A stretch of DNA of 61,080 nucleotides, filler included. It is 4 parts of 4 records of this genome, joined end to end, with 100 filler letters (N's around TTAATTAATTAA, not from the genome) between each part and the next. Parts side by side here need not be neighbours in the genome. Positions count along the whole stretch, not along the records: positions 45,093 to 61,080 come from DRR378314_663; 3 more parts are not named here. One strand, 5' to 3'. Under the pieces are notes generated by a model, which worked only from the letters and a program-made list of their open reading frames with translations, did not search any database and was not told where the DNA came from. The position numbers and the translations under genes are program-made. Positions 53,571-61,080 of the stretch are shown in pieces; positions within the stretch are counted from its first letter, which is position 1, and each line of letters opens with the position of its first letter.

Positions 53571-56535
53571 TCATCTCGGCATCCTCTGCCTCAATTGTCA
53601 GCGGAGGTCGGATTTTGAGGATATTGTCTTTTGGCCCCTCACTGCCGATCAGAATGCGATGGTCGCGCATGCGGTTCTTGACGTAGGCGCAAATCTCCGT
53701 CGCTTCGGCTCCATCAGGCCGGATCAGCTCCACCCCCAGAAACAACCCCATTCCCCGCACGTCGCCCACGCAGCCATGCTTGGCTTCCAGCATTCTAAGA
53801 CCGGCCATCAATTGACCGCCGATCAGCCGTGCGTTTTCCTGCAAGCCTTCGTCGTCCACGATCTGCAAAACCTCGCGACCTATCCGGCATGACAGGGTCG
53901 ATCCCCCGAAGGTCGAGAAAAACTCGATTCCATTGTCAAAGCTCTCTGCGATTTCCTTGGTTGTGACGAGCACCCCCATCGGATGCCCGTTGCCAATCGG
54001 TTTGCCCAGGACAACGATGTCGGGCCGCACCTCCTGGTGTTCAAACCCGAAATAGTATTCACCCAAACGTCCAAGCCCCGTCTGGACTTCGTCCGCGATA
54101 CAGATGCCACCTGCGGCGCGGATCTTGGCGTAGACCGCTGACAAATACCCTTTGGGCGGAATGATCTGACCACCAACCGAAGGGAAGGTTTCTGCGATGA
54201 ACCCTGCAACCCCCTGTCCTTTTTGGTGAAGGGAAGCGATCGCCGGATCGACAAGATCCGCGAATTTCTGCGCTCGGTCAGGGTCATTACGCCGGAAAGT
54301 TCCACGGTAATCATCTGCAACCTCAACCAGTTCGACCCAATCGGCCTGCCCCACGCCATTCGGCTTGTTGAACTTGTAGGCGGAGATATCGACTGCACCT
54401 GTGGTACTCCCGTGATAGCCATGGTCGGGCGTGATCATGCCCTTGGCACCGGTGTGGGCGCGCGCCAGCCGCAGGGCCAGCTCGTTCGCTTCGGACCCGG
54501 AATTCACGAAAAAACACACCTGCAAATGATCAGGCATCTTCGACAGAATTTTGTCGGCAAACGCGGTCTGCGCAGGATGCAGATAGCGGGTGTTGGAGTT
54601 GATCCGCTTGAGTTGATCCGCCGCTTCGGCCTGAATGCGCGGATGGGCATGGCCCACATGTGGTACGTTGTTATATGCATCCAAATAGGGACGGCCCCAT
54701 TCGTCAAATAGGTGATGCCTCCAGCCACGCAACAACATCACCGGGTCATCATAGGTCAGGCTCAGATTGCCACCGAAATGCGCATCCCGGCCCTGCCTGA
54801 CCCCTGCCTTGTCGGTCGGGAAATAGCACAGCTTGTCGTCGGGCAGATTCAGCATTGCCGCCGGATTGGGGCAGATCGCGCACCACAAATACATCTCGTC
54901 GGGATCACCCACACCCGGCCAATCGGCCTCAATCCCTTCGGTGGTCAGCGCCAGTTGGAAATGCACATGCGGTGCCCACCCACCGTTCATCGAAGGATCG
55001 CCGAGACGGCAGAACTCTTCGCCTTTTTCAATCATCTGTCCTACCTTCAGGCGGTCCAGAAACTCAGGGTCTAGATGACCATAGAGGGTGAAAAACGGAT
55101 CGCCCGCCGGGGTCTCATGGCGCAGAATGATCACCCCGCCATAGTCCAGATGCCCCGCGCGATATTCTGCGATGAACACCTCGCCGCGCAGGGGTGCAAA
55201 CATGGGCGTGCCCGCAGGCGCAAATACATCTACGGCCAGATGCACCGTGCGGCGATCGCTGGCCTTCCATGGCCCTTTGCGAAAGGCGGGTTCCGCATAG
55301 ATCAGACGCGGTTCATGATAGTAGCCGAGCCACATGCGCCCCTGATCCTCGAACTCCTCTCCCACTCTTGCGGCTTCCTCCAGCGGCAAGTGAAACGGGT
55401 TCTGCGGCCAGGTTGATTCCTCAACAGACAGAGACCCCAGTGGCGCATTCGACAGGTCACACCCCATCAGGGGCGAGAAATTTCCGCGTTCCTGTTCAAG
55501 CCATGCCGCCACCCGGTCGGCCCCATCAACCACCGGCAGGCCACAAGCCGCCCGCAACCTTGCCGACAGCAAACCACCATGCAGTGAGCATTCTTCCAGA
55601 AACCGCCAGGCCGGTGCCTGCGAAATGGTGACATAGGGGTCATCGGGATTTTCAATTGCCATCAATGTGGAATTCACCACGCTCACCGCCAGCCGCATGC
55701 GTAAGAGCGGCCAGATCATGTCGACCTCTTCCACTGTGAGCGGGTTGGCATGATGATAGCCGGCGACCAAGGCGGCAAGAGCGGCTTCAGGGCTCGGGTG
55801 ATCCAGCACGATGTAAGCTGCAGCAATCGCCAGGTCGCAGATCCGAGGGGCCGCACACATGTCGCCCAGATCGATCAGGCCGGAGACGCGGCGCGGCGCG
55901 TTCAAGGTGCCTTCGATCAGGATGTTATAGTCATTGGCATCGTTGTGGATCGCCTGACGCGGCAACCTCTCCAGCGCCGGTTTCAGCACCGCAAATTGGC
56001 GATGAATGTCCTCTATAATCTGACGTCGGGCCAGATCGGCAATGCAGCCGGTTTGATCTTTGATCCAACCGGCGCGCATCAGGTCCCATTTGAAATCACG
56101 CTCCAGCCCGTCATGCTGGAAATCAGCCAAAGCCAGCGCCGCACCACCGAGCACCTGCCCGACCTCATGGATCAGCGCATCACTTTTCGGTGCCACATGT
56201 GCAAAACATTGCCCCGGCAGTTGACTTAGAACCCAGGCAAGACGCTCTGCACCTGTCTCGTCTTTCAGGGAAATCAGCCGCCCGCCCTGCACCGCGCGTA
56301 CAACAACCGGACAAGGCAACTGCGGCTGTCTTGCGGTGATATGCTCGAATGCCTTGACCTGCATGTCCACCAACCACGTTTCGCAGCCCGCGCGCATGAC
56401 CTTGAGAATGTACCCCTTGCCATCATCGGCTTTTGCCAGAAAGTTAAGATCATATTCACCATCCAGCTGGCTCAGCTGTGCTGTAATGCCCCAATGTTGC
56501 TCTAACGCCGTCCGCCAATGCTGGATGTTCCGCAT
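53530..56535 (-). CDS. Three-domain fusion: APH/hydroxylysine-kinase-like + M23/LytM + class III PLP aminotransferase/phospho-lyase
   Basis: Kinase: GEYDLNF, LKV, HNDANDYN, IDLGD. M23: HLAVD, YGHL, PHVHFQ. PLP domain: YLDAYNNVPHVGH, NSGSEAN, ADEVQTGLGR, LGKPIGNG, STFGG. Start at ATG 56535 (1001 aa). Confidence 0.9.
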   Translation of the reverse strand: MRNIQHWRTALEQHWGITAQLSQLDGEYDLNFLAKADDGKGYILKVMRAGCETWLVDMQVKAFEHITARQPQLPCPVVVRAVQGGRLISLKDETGAERLAWVLSQLPGQCFAHVAPKSDALIHEVGQVLGGAALALADFQHDGLERDFKWDLMRAGWIKDQTGCIADLARRQIIEDIHRQFAVLKPALERLPRQAIHNDANDYNILIEGTLNAPRRVSGLIDLGDMCAAPRICDLAIAAAYIVLDHPSPEAALAALVAGYHHANPLTVEEVDMIWPLLRMRLAVSVVNSTLMAIENPDDPYVTISQAPAWRFLEECSLHGGLLSARLRAACGLPVVDGADRVAAWLEQERGNFSPLMGCDLSNAPLGSLSVEESTWPQNPFHLPLEEAARVGEEFEDQGRMWLGYYHEPRLIYAEPAFRKGPWKASDRRTVHLAVDVFAPAGTPMFAPLRGEVFIAEYRAGHLDYGGVIILRHETPAGDPFFTLYGHLDPEFLDRLKVGQMIEKGEEFCRLGDPSMNGGWAPHVHFQLALTTEGIEADWPGVGDPDEMYLWCAICPNPAAMLNLPDDKLCYFPTDKAGVRQGRDAHFGGNLSLTYDDPVMLLRGWRHHLFDEWGRPYLDAYNNVPHVGHAHPRIQAEAADQLKRINSNTRYLHPAQTAFADKILSKMPDHLQVCFFVNSGSEANELALRLARAHTGAKGMITPDHGYHGSTTGAVDISAYKFNKPNGVGQADWVELVEVADDYRGTFRRNDPDRAQKFADLVDPAIASLHQKGQGVAGFIAETFPSVGGQIIPPKGYLSAVYAKIRAAGGICIADEVQTGLGRLGEYYFGFEHQEVRPDIVVLGKPIGNGHPMGVLVTTKEIAESFDNGIEFFSTFGGSTLSCRIGREVLQIVDDEGLQENARLIGGQLMAGLRMLEAKHGCVGDVRGMGLFLGVELIRPDGAEATEICAYVKNRMRDHRILIGSEGPKDNILKIRPPLTIEAEDAEMIIAVLDQILDECA

Positions 56536-56576
56536 GAAATTGTCCCTGGTTTTTGAAATGCTGAAATGCGGGCCGC

Positions 56577-57278
56577 CTAGAGTTGCGTGCGCAGTTTGTA
56601 CCCCGGTAAAAACAACAGCCTGACCTTCGTGACCGCTGCGGCATTGTCCCAAGTCACCCTGTCAATTGCAAACAAGGCACTAAGAGGTGCGACCCCCAAC
56701 ACTTCCGCGTCCCCTTGATCAGCCTGCACCGCCGAGAAGGAAATATCCCCGTGTGTGTAAGGCGCATGTTCTATCAACCATTCATTGGCGCTCAGCACGT
56801 CGAATGGTTCTGCCGCCGCGTCCGGGACGATGGCCGTGTTGATCCACCTGTCCTCAACGGCATAGGCCGCATCATCGGCCAAGTGCAAAGCCCGCACATG
56901 CAACAGCTTGTCTTGGGCTCTGGTCTTCATCGTGCCGCTGACACTGACAGGTGGCACAGCAATTCTGCGCGTGATCAGTTGATAGCCATATTTCGCGCCG
57001 TGTTCCTCGACCTCGTGACGGATCACCGCGATATCTATCGTTGCCTTGGCAACAGGTTGCGCTGCGACGCGTGTCCCGGCCTTGCGTCTGCGGTCCAGCA
57101 AACCACTTTCAGCCAAGGACCGCAGCGCCCGGTTCACTGTGGATCTTGCGCAGCCGAACTCGATTGCCAGATCAGCCTCATTGGGGATCAGCTCACCCGG
57201 CGGCCATTCACGGGCATGGATACGGCGCAAGACTTCGCTCTGCACGCTTTGCCAGTTCCGAAACGTGGGTGTGTTCAC
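56577..57278 (-). CDS. hutC: Histidine utilization repressor (GntR/UTRA)
   Basis: WPPGELIPNEADLAIEFGCARSTVNRALRSL HTH plus UTRA domain; GTG start overlaps the hutF stop; hut context. Confidence 0.88.
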   Translation of the reverse strand: MNTPTFRNWQSVQSEVLRRIHAREWPPGELIPNEADLAIEFGCARSTVNRALRSLAESGLLDRRRKAGTRVAAQPVAKATIDIAVIRHEVEEHGAKYGYQLITRRIAVPPVSVSGTMKTRAQDKLLHVRALHLADDAAYAVEDRWINTAIVPDAAAEPFDVLSANEWLIEHAPYTHGDISFSAVQADQGDAEVLGVAPLSALFAIDRVTWDNAAAVTKVRLLFLPGYKLRTQL

Positions 57279-58645
57279 AAGGCGTCTCTCAATGCGTCGA
57301 TTGCGCGTTTGTAGGCAGCGACAATATCCGCCCGTTGTACATGCTGGCCGTGCTGTACCATATGGCGTCCTGCCGACCAAACATCTTTCACCAATCCGTC
57401 ATCTCCTGCGAAAATCCAGGCATCAAGTGCCGTGTCACCCTGCCTGCCCCACATGTGTTCAGAGCCTGTGTCGAGGGCCAGAAAATCAGCCCAACACCCG
57501 GCTTCGATACGGCCCGTTTCACGTCCCGATGCCTGCGCGCCACCTTGCAGCATCCCGCCATACATCCGGCGGCCGGTCGACTTGTCCGGTGATGCCAATG
57601 CCGCGCGCGTGCCATCACGCAGGCGCTGTGAATAATCCAGCGTGCGCAACTCCTCACTCAACGAGATGCGGATGTTGCTGTCCGACCCAATGGCAAATGC
57701 GCCACCGTGATCCACCCAGCGCACCGCGTCGAATATCCCATCCCCTAGACTACTTTCGGTGATCGGACACAGACCGGCAACCGCGCCGGAACGGGCCAGT
57801 GCAATCGTCTCATTGGGCGTCATCTGAGTGCAGTGGATCAGGCACCAGCGTTGATCCAGTTGCAAGTTATCTAGCGCCCAGGTCACAGGCCGTGCCCCCC
57901 AGTGTTCCTCTACCTCAGCGACCTCTGCACGTTGTTCGGCCAAGTGCATATGGATCGGCCCGGCAGGAAATGCCGTGCTGTACCCTCTCAGATCTTCAAT
58001 TCCGACCGCGCGCAACGAATGGGGCGCAACACCGATGTTACTGTCAGCAGACGCCTGTTTGATACTGACCTCCGCCGCACCGTGAAGGACCTGAAACTGC
58101 TCGAAGGTGTTGCCAAACCGGATTTGCCCTGCGGTCAGCGCGCGCTGATCACAACCGCCGAACTGATAGTGCACCGGCAACAGGCACAGCCCCATGCCAG
58201 TCTGATCCGATGCCGCAACAATACACGCAGAGGTTTCAGCGATATTGTCATAGGCAACGCCGCCGGGTTGGTGATGCAAATAGTGGAATTCAACCGAGGC
58301 ACCATAGCCTGCCTCAAGCATCTCCATCTGCACAAAAGCAGTGATCGCTTCAATATGGTCAGGCGTCAGGCGGTCGAGAAACCGAAACATCAGCTGCCGC
58401 CAAGTCCAGAAGCTGTCACTTGTATCAGGGCCACGCCCCTCTGTCAGACCGGCCATCGCCCGCTGAAACGCATGGCTGTGCACATTCACCGGCGCGGGCA
58501 ACAGCATTGAAACTTGCGTGGCCTGATCTGGTACGGGCGCACCACTTTGCACCTCCTTGATGCGGCCCTGCCCATCAATCTCGACGATCACCTTTTTCGC
58601 CCAACCGCTGGGCAATAAGGCTGTCTCGGCCCAAATCCTCTGCAT
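57275..58645 (-). CDS. hutF: Formimidoylglutamate deiminase
   Basis: NVHSHAFQRAMAGL, FWTWR, EFHYLHH, APHSLRA, HLAEQ, CPITE, GSDS. Confidence 0.96.
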   Translation of the reverse strand: MQRIWAETALLPSGWAKKVIVEIDGQGRIKEVQSGAPVPDQATQVSMLLPAPVNVHSHAFQRAMAGLTEGRGPDTSDSFWTWRQLMFRFLDRLTPDHIEAITAFVQMEMLEAGYGASVEFHYLHHQPGGVAYDNIAETSACIVAASDQTGMGLCLLPVHYQFGGCDQRALTAGQIRFGNTFEQFQVLHGAAEVSIKQASADSNIGVAPHSLRAVGIEDLRGYSTAFPAGPIHMHLAEQRAEVAEVEEHWGARPVTWALDNLQLDQRWCLIHCTQMTPNETIALARSGAVAGLCPITESSLGDGIFDAVRWVDHGGAFAIGSDSNIRISLSEELRTLDYSQRLRDGTRAALASPDKSTGRRMYGGMLQGGAQASGRETGRIEAGCWADFLALDTGSEHMWGRQGDTALDAWIFAGDDGLVKDVWSAGRHMVQHGQHVQRADIVAAYKRAIDALRDAL

Positions 58646-58657
58646 GGCTCACTCCGC

Positions 58658-58686
58658 TTGACATATTATTATGTACGCGCATAAAA
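58658..58686. promoter_or_regulatory. hutI promoter with overlapping degenerate HutC operator
   Basis: TTGACA at 58658-58663. TTATGTACGCGCATAA at 58669-58684 resembles the TGTA-N2-TACA HutC box, with symmetric TTATG/CATAA arms. Confidence 0.55.
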
Positions 58687-58720
58687 ACATTAAGCGCACT
58701 AATTTACAAGTGAGTCGACC

Positions 58721-59914
58721 ATGCTTCTAACGAACGCCACAATCGTGACGCTTCACGAGGACAAGGACTACGGTCTGATCGAAGAGGGTGCGATTGCCCT
58801 TGATGAAGAGCGTATCGCCTGGGTCGGCCCGGCGGCGGATACCCCCGACATCTACAGTACCGCCCAAACGCACGATTTAGGCGGGCGGCTTGTGACGCCT
58901 GCGCTGATCGACTGCCACACACATACAGTTTTTGGCGGCAACCGCGCGACGGAATTCGAACTGCGGTTGAATGGTGCAAGCTATGAAGAAGTTGCACGCG
59001 CGGGTGGCGGTATTGTTTCAACTGTCAAAGCGACACGCGCTGCTTCCGAGGAGGCATTGCTGGCAGATGCCCTTACCCGCGTCGATGCGCTGATTGCCGA
59101 AGGTGTCACGCTGATTGAGGTCAAATCAGGCTACGGTCTGAATCAAGATACAGAGCTGAAGATGCTGCGCGTTGCACGGAAAATCGCGCAGATGCGCCCG
59201 GTGGACATCCGCACAAGTTTCCTTGGTGCCCATGCTGTTCCGCCCGAATTCAAAGGTGAACCGGATGCCTATATTGACGATGTTTGCATCCCAACGCTGC
59301 GCGCGGCACATGCCGAAGGTTTGGTCGATGCGGTAGACGGGTTTTGCGAAGGCATCGCCTTTAACACCGCGCAAATTGCCCGCGTCTTTGACGTGGCGGT
59401 CGAACTCGACCTGCCGGTCAAGCTGCACGCAGAGCAGCTGTCAAACATCGGCGGCACACAATTGGCCGCAAAATACGGCGCGCTGAGTGCGGACCATGTG
59501 GAATATGCTACTGACGCCGATGCACAGGCCTTGGCTGCTTCCGGCACGGTTGCAGTTGTGCTGCCCGGCGCGTTCTACACGCTGCGCGAAACGCAGGCGC
59601 CGCCAGTCCACTCCTTCCGCGCCCACCACGTGCCGATGGCACTGGCGACCGATTGCAACCCCGGTTCATCCCCTCTGGCCTCGCCCTTGCTTGCCATGAA
59701 CATGGCCTGCACCCTGTTTCGGATGACTCCGCTGGAAGCATTGCTTGGCATGACAGCCCATGCAGCGGCGGCCTTGGGTGATACAAACCGGGGCCGCATC
59801 GCCGTAGGCGCACAAGCTGATCTGTGCGTCTGGGATGCTGGGCATCCATCCGAACTTGCCTATCGCATCGGGTTTAACCCGCTTCACAATCGCATCTTCA
59901 AGGGGTCGCTATGA
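58721..59914 (+). CDS. hutI: Imidazolonepropionase
   Basis: [53 protein letters not shown]. Confidence 0.97.
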   Translation: MLLTNATIVTLHEDKDYGLIEEGAIALDEERIAWVGPAADTPDIYSTAQTHDLGGRLVTPALIDCHTHTVFGGNRATEFELRLNGASYEEVARAGGGIVSTVKATRAASEEALLADALTRVDALIAEGVTLIEVKSGYGLNQDTELKMLRVARKIAQMRPVDIRTSFLGAHAVPPEFKGEPDAYIDDVCIPTLRAAHAEGLVDAVDGFCEGIAFNTAQIARVFDVAVELDLPVKLHAEQLSNIGGTQLAAKYGALSADHVEYATDADAQALAASGTVAVVLPGAFYTLRETQAPPVHSFRAHHVPMALATDCNPGSSPLASPLLAMNMACTLFRMTPLEALLGMTAHAAAALGDTNRGRIAVGAQADLCVWDAGHPSELAYRIGFNPLHNRIFKGSL

Positions 59915-61080
59915 CAATCACACTCACGCCGGGTGCGGCAACACTGGCGCAGCTTCATGACATCTGGGCCAATGGTCATGCTGTCGTCCTCGACCCCTCC
60001 TCTCACGCGGGGATCGCTGCCGCACAGGCATTGGTGACAAAGGCTGCGAATGGAGAAACGGCGGTCTACGGCGTCAACACCGGCTTTGGCAAACTCGCCA
60101 GCGTCAAGATCGCCGCCAAAGACGTGGCAACACTACAGCGCAACCTGATCCTGTCCCACTGCTGTGGCGTGGGCGACGCTCTGGACGAGGCAACGACACG
60201 GCTGATGATGGTGCTGAAGCTGCTGTCGCTTGGGCGCGGTGCCTCTGGTGTTGCCATGACCACTGTCGAGGTCATTCAGGATATGCTTGGAAAAGGTGTC
60301 ACACCTGTGATCCCCAGCCAAGGTTCGGTGGGTGCCTCTGGTGATCTGGCCCCGCTCGCCCATATGGCCGCGGCGATGATCGGAGAAGGTGAAGCCACCT
60401 ATGAAGGGACGCGCATGCCAGCACGTGAGGCGCTGGCCAAAGCAGGGATCACACCCATCGTGCTGGGCGCAAAAGAGGGGCTGGCCCTGATCAACGGCAC
60501 GCAATTCTCCACGGCTTGTGCGCTCGTTGGCCTCTGGGGCGCATGGCGCAATGCCGCGACTTGCGTGCTGACCTGCGCGCTGTCGACCGATGCAATCATG
60601 GGGTCCACCGCGCCGTTGCAGGACGCCATACACACCCTGCGCGGTCATGCCGGTCAGATCGCGGTGGCCCGCGCCCAGCGCGCACTTATGGATGGATCGC
60701 AGATCCGTGAAAGCCATGTCGATGGCGACACCCGCGTGCAGGACCCCTACTGCATCCGCTGCCAGCCACAGGTGACAGGTGCCGCAATGGATTTGCTGCA
60801 TTTCGCGGCCCGCACGCTTGAGATCGAGGCAAATGCCGTCACAGATAATCCGTTGGTGTTGGTAGATGACGATCTGATCGTTTCGGGCGGGAATTTCCAC
60901 GCGGAACCGGTTGGTTTTGCCGCTGACCAGATCGCCGTTGCAATTTCTGAGATTGGCGCAATTGCACAGCGGCGCGTTGCCTTGATGGTTGATCCGACCC
61001 TCAGCTTTGATCTGCCGCCCTTCCTGACGCCCGATCCCGGTTTGAATTCCGGCCTGATGATCGCCGAGGTCACCACGGCC
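59911..61080 (+). CDS. hutH: Histidine ammonia-lyase (3'-truncated by the window end)
   Basis: [24 protein letters not shown] motif [45 protein letters not shown] overlap with hutI. Confidence 0.97.
   Translation, partial: MTITLTPGAATLAQLHDIWANGHAVVLDPSSHAGIAAAQALVTKAANGETAVYGVNTGFGKLASVKIAAKDVATLQRNLILSHCCGVGDALDEATTRLMMVLKLLSLGRGASGVAMTTVEVIQDMLGKGVTPVIPSQGSVGASGDLAPLAHMAAAMIGEGEATYEGTRMPAREALAKAGITPIVLGAKEGLALINGTQFSTACALVGLWGAWRNAATCVLTCALSTDAIMGSTAPLQDAIHTLRGHAGQIAVARAQRALMDGSQIRESHVDGDTRVQDPYCIRCQPQVTGAAMDLLHFAARTLEIEANAVTDNPLVLVDDDLIVSGGNFHAEPVGFAADQIAVAISEIGAIAQRRVALMVDPTLSFDLPPFLTPDPGLNSGLMIAEVTTA

Noticed and set aside
60133-60900. 255-aa minus-strand ORF and similar antisense ORFs in the bacterial contigs
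   Set aside because: Antisense shadows of well-supported genes (hutH here) in GC-rich DNA.

Overview
The window is not one locus. It is four unrelated contigs joined by 100-nt spacers (N44-TTAATTAATTAA-N44). (1) 1-19438: an intron-rich eukaryotic, protist-like contig with GT-AG introns and the standard genetic code. It carries a fully resolvable GINS PSF1 gene, a probable HAP40/F8A (huntingtin-associated protein 40) orthologue, a SAM-domain protein ending in a WASP-type polyPro-WH2-C-A module, a PH-domain protein and several hypothetical genes. (2) 19539-36947: a Halomonadaceae-like core chromosomal segment (ilvA 3' part, an unannotated 32-aa membrane sORF, ygfA, 6S RNA, zapA, ygfB, pepP, ubiH, ubiI, ctpA, envC, gpmI, rhodanese, secB, rsmE, cvfB, gshB, yqgE, ruvX, pyrB) ending at a stable-RNA-type promoter. 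(3) 37048-44992: a second eukaryotic contig with a multi-exon TPR + GT41 O-GlcNAc-transferase-like gene and a convergent putative membrane-protein gene. (4) 45093-61080: a Rhodobacteraceae-like catabolic region. It begins with an IS21-like end abutting the 3' fragment of a TRAP dctM gene. Next come two tandem split-transketolase pairs with non-canonical active-site residues, a hydroxypyruvate-reductase-like dehydrogenase and glycerate 2-kinase. Then follow a PhyH dioxygenase, LysR, a kinase-M23-PLP triple fusion, and hutC/hutF/hutI/hutH. The best candidates for undescribed biology are the double transketolase pathway, the dioxygenase plus kinase-M23-phospholyase module, the SAM-VCA actin nucleation factor and the protist HAP40. 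Family and taxon assignments come from motif recognition by eye; no searches were run.
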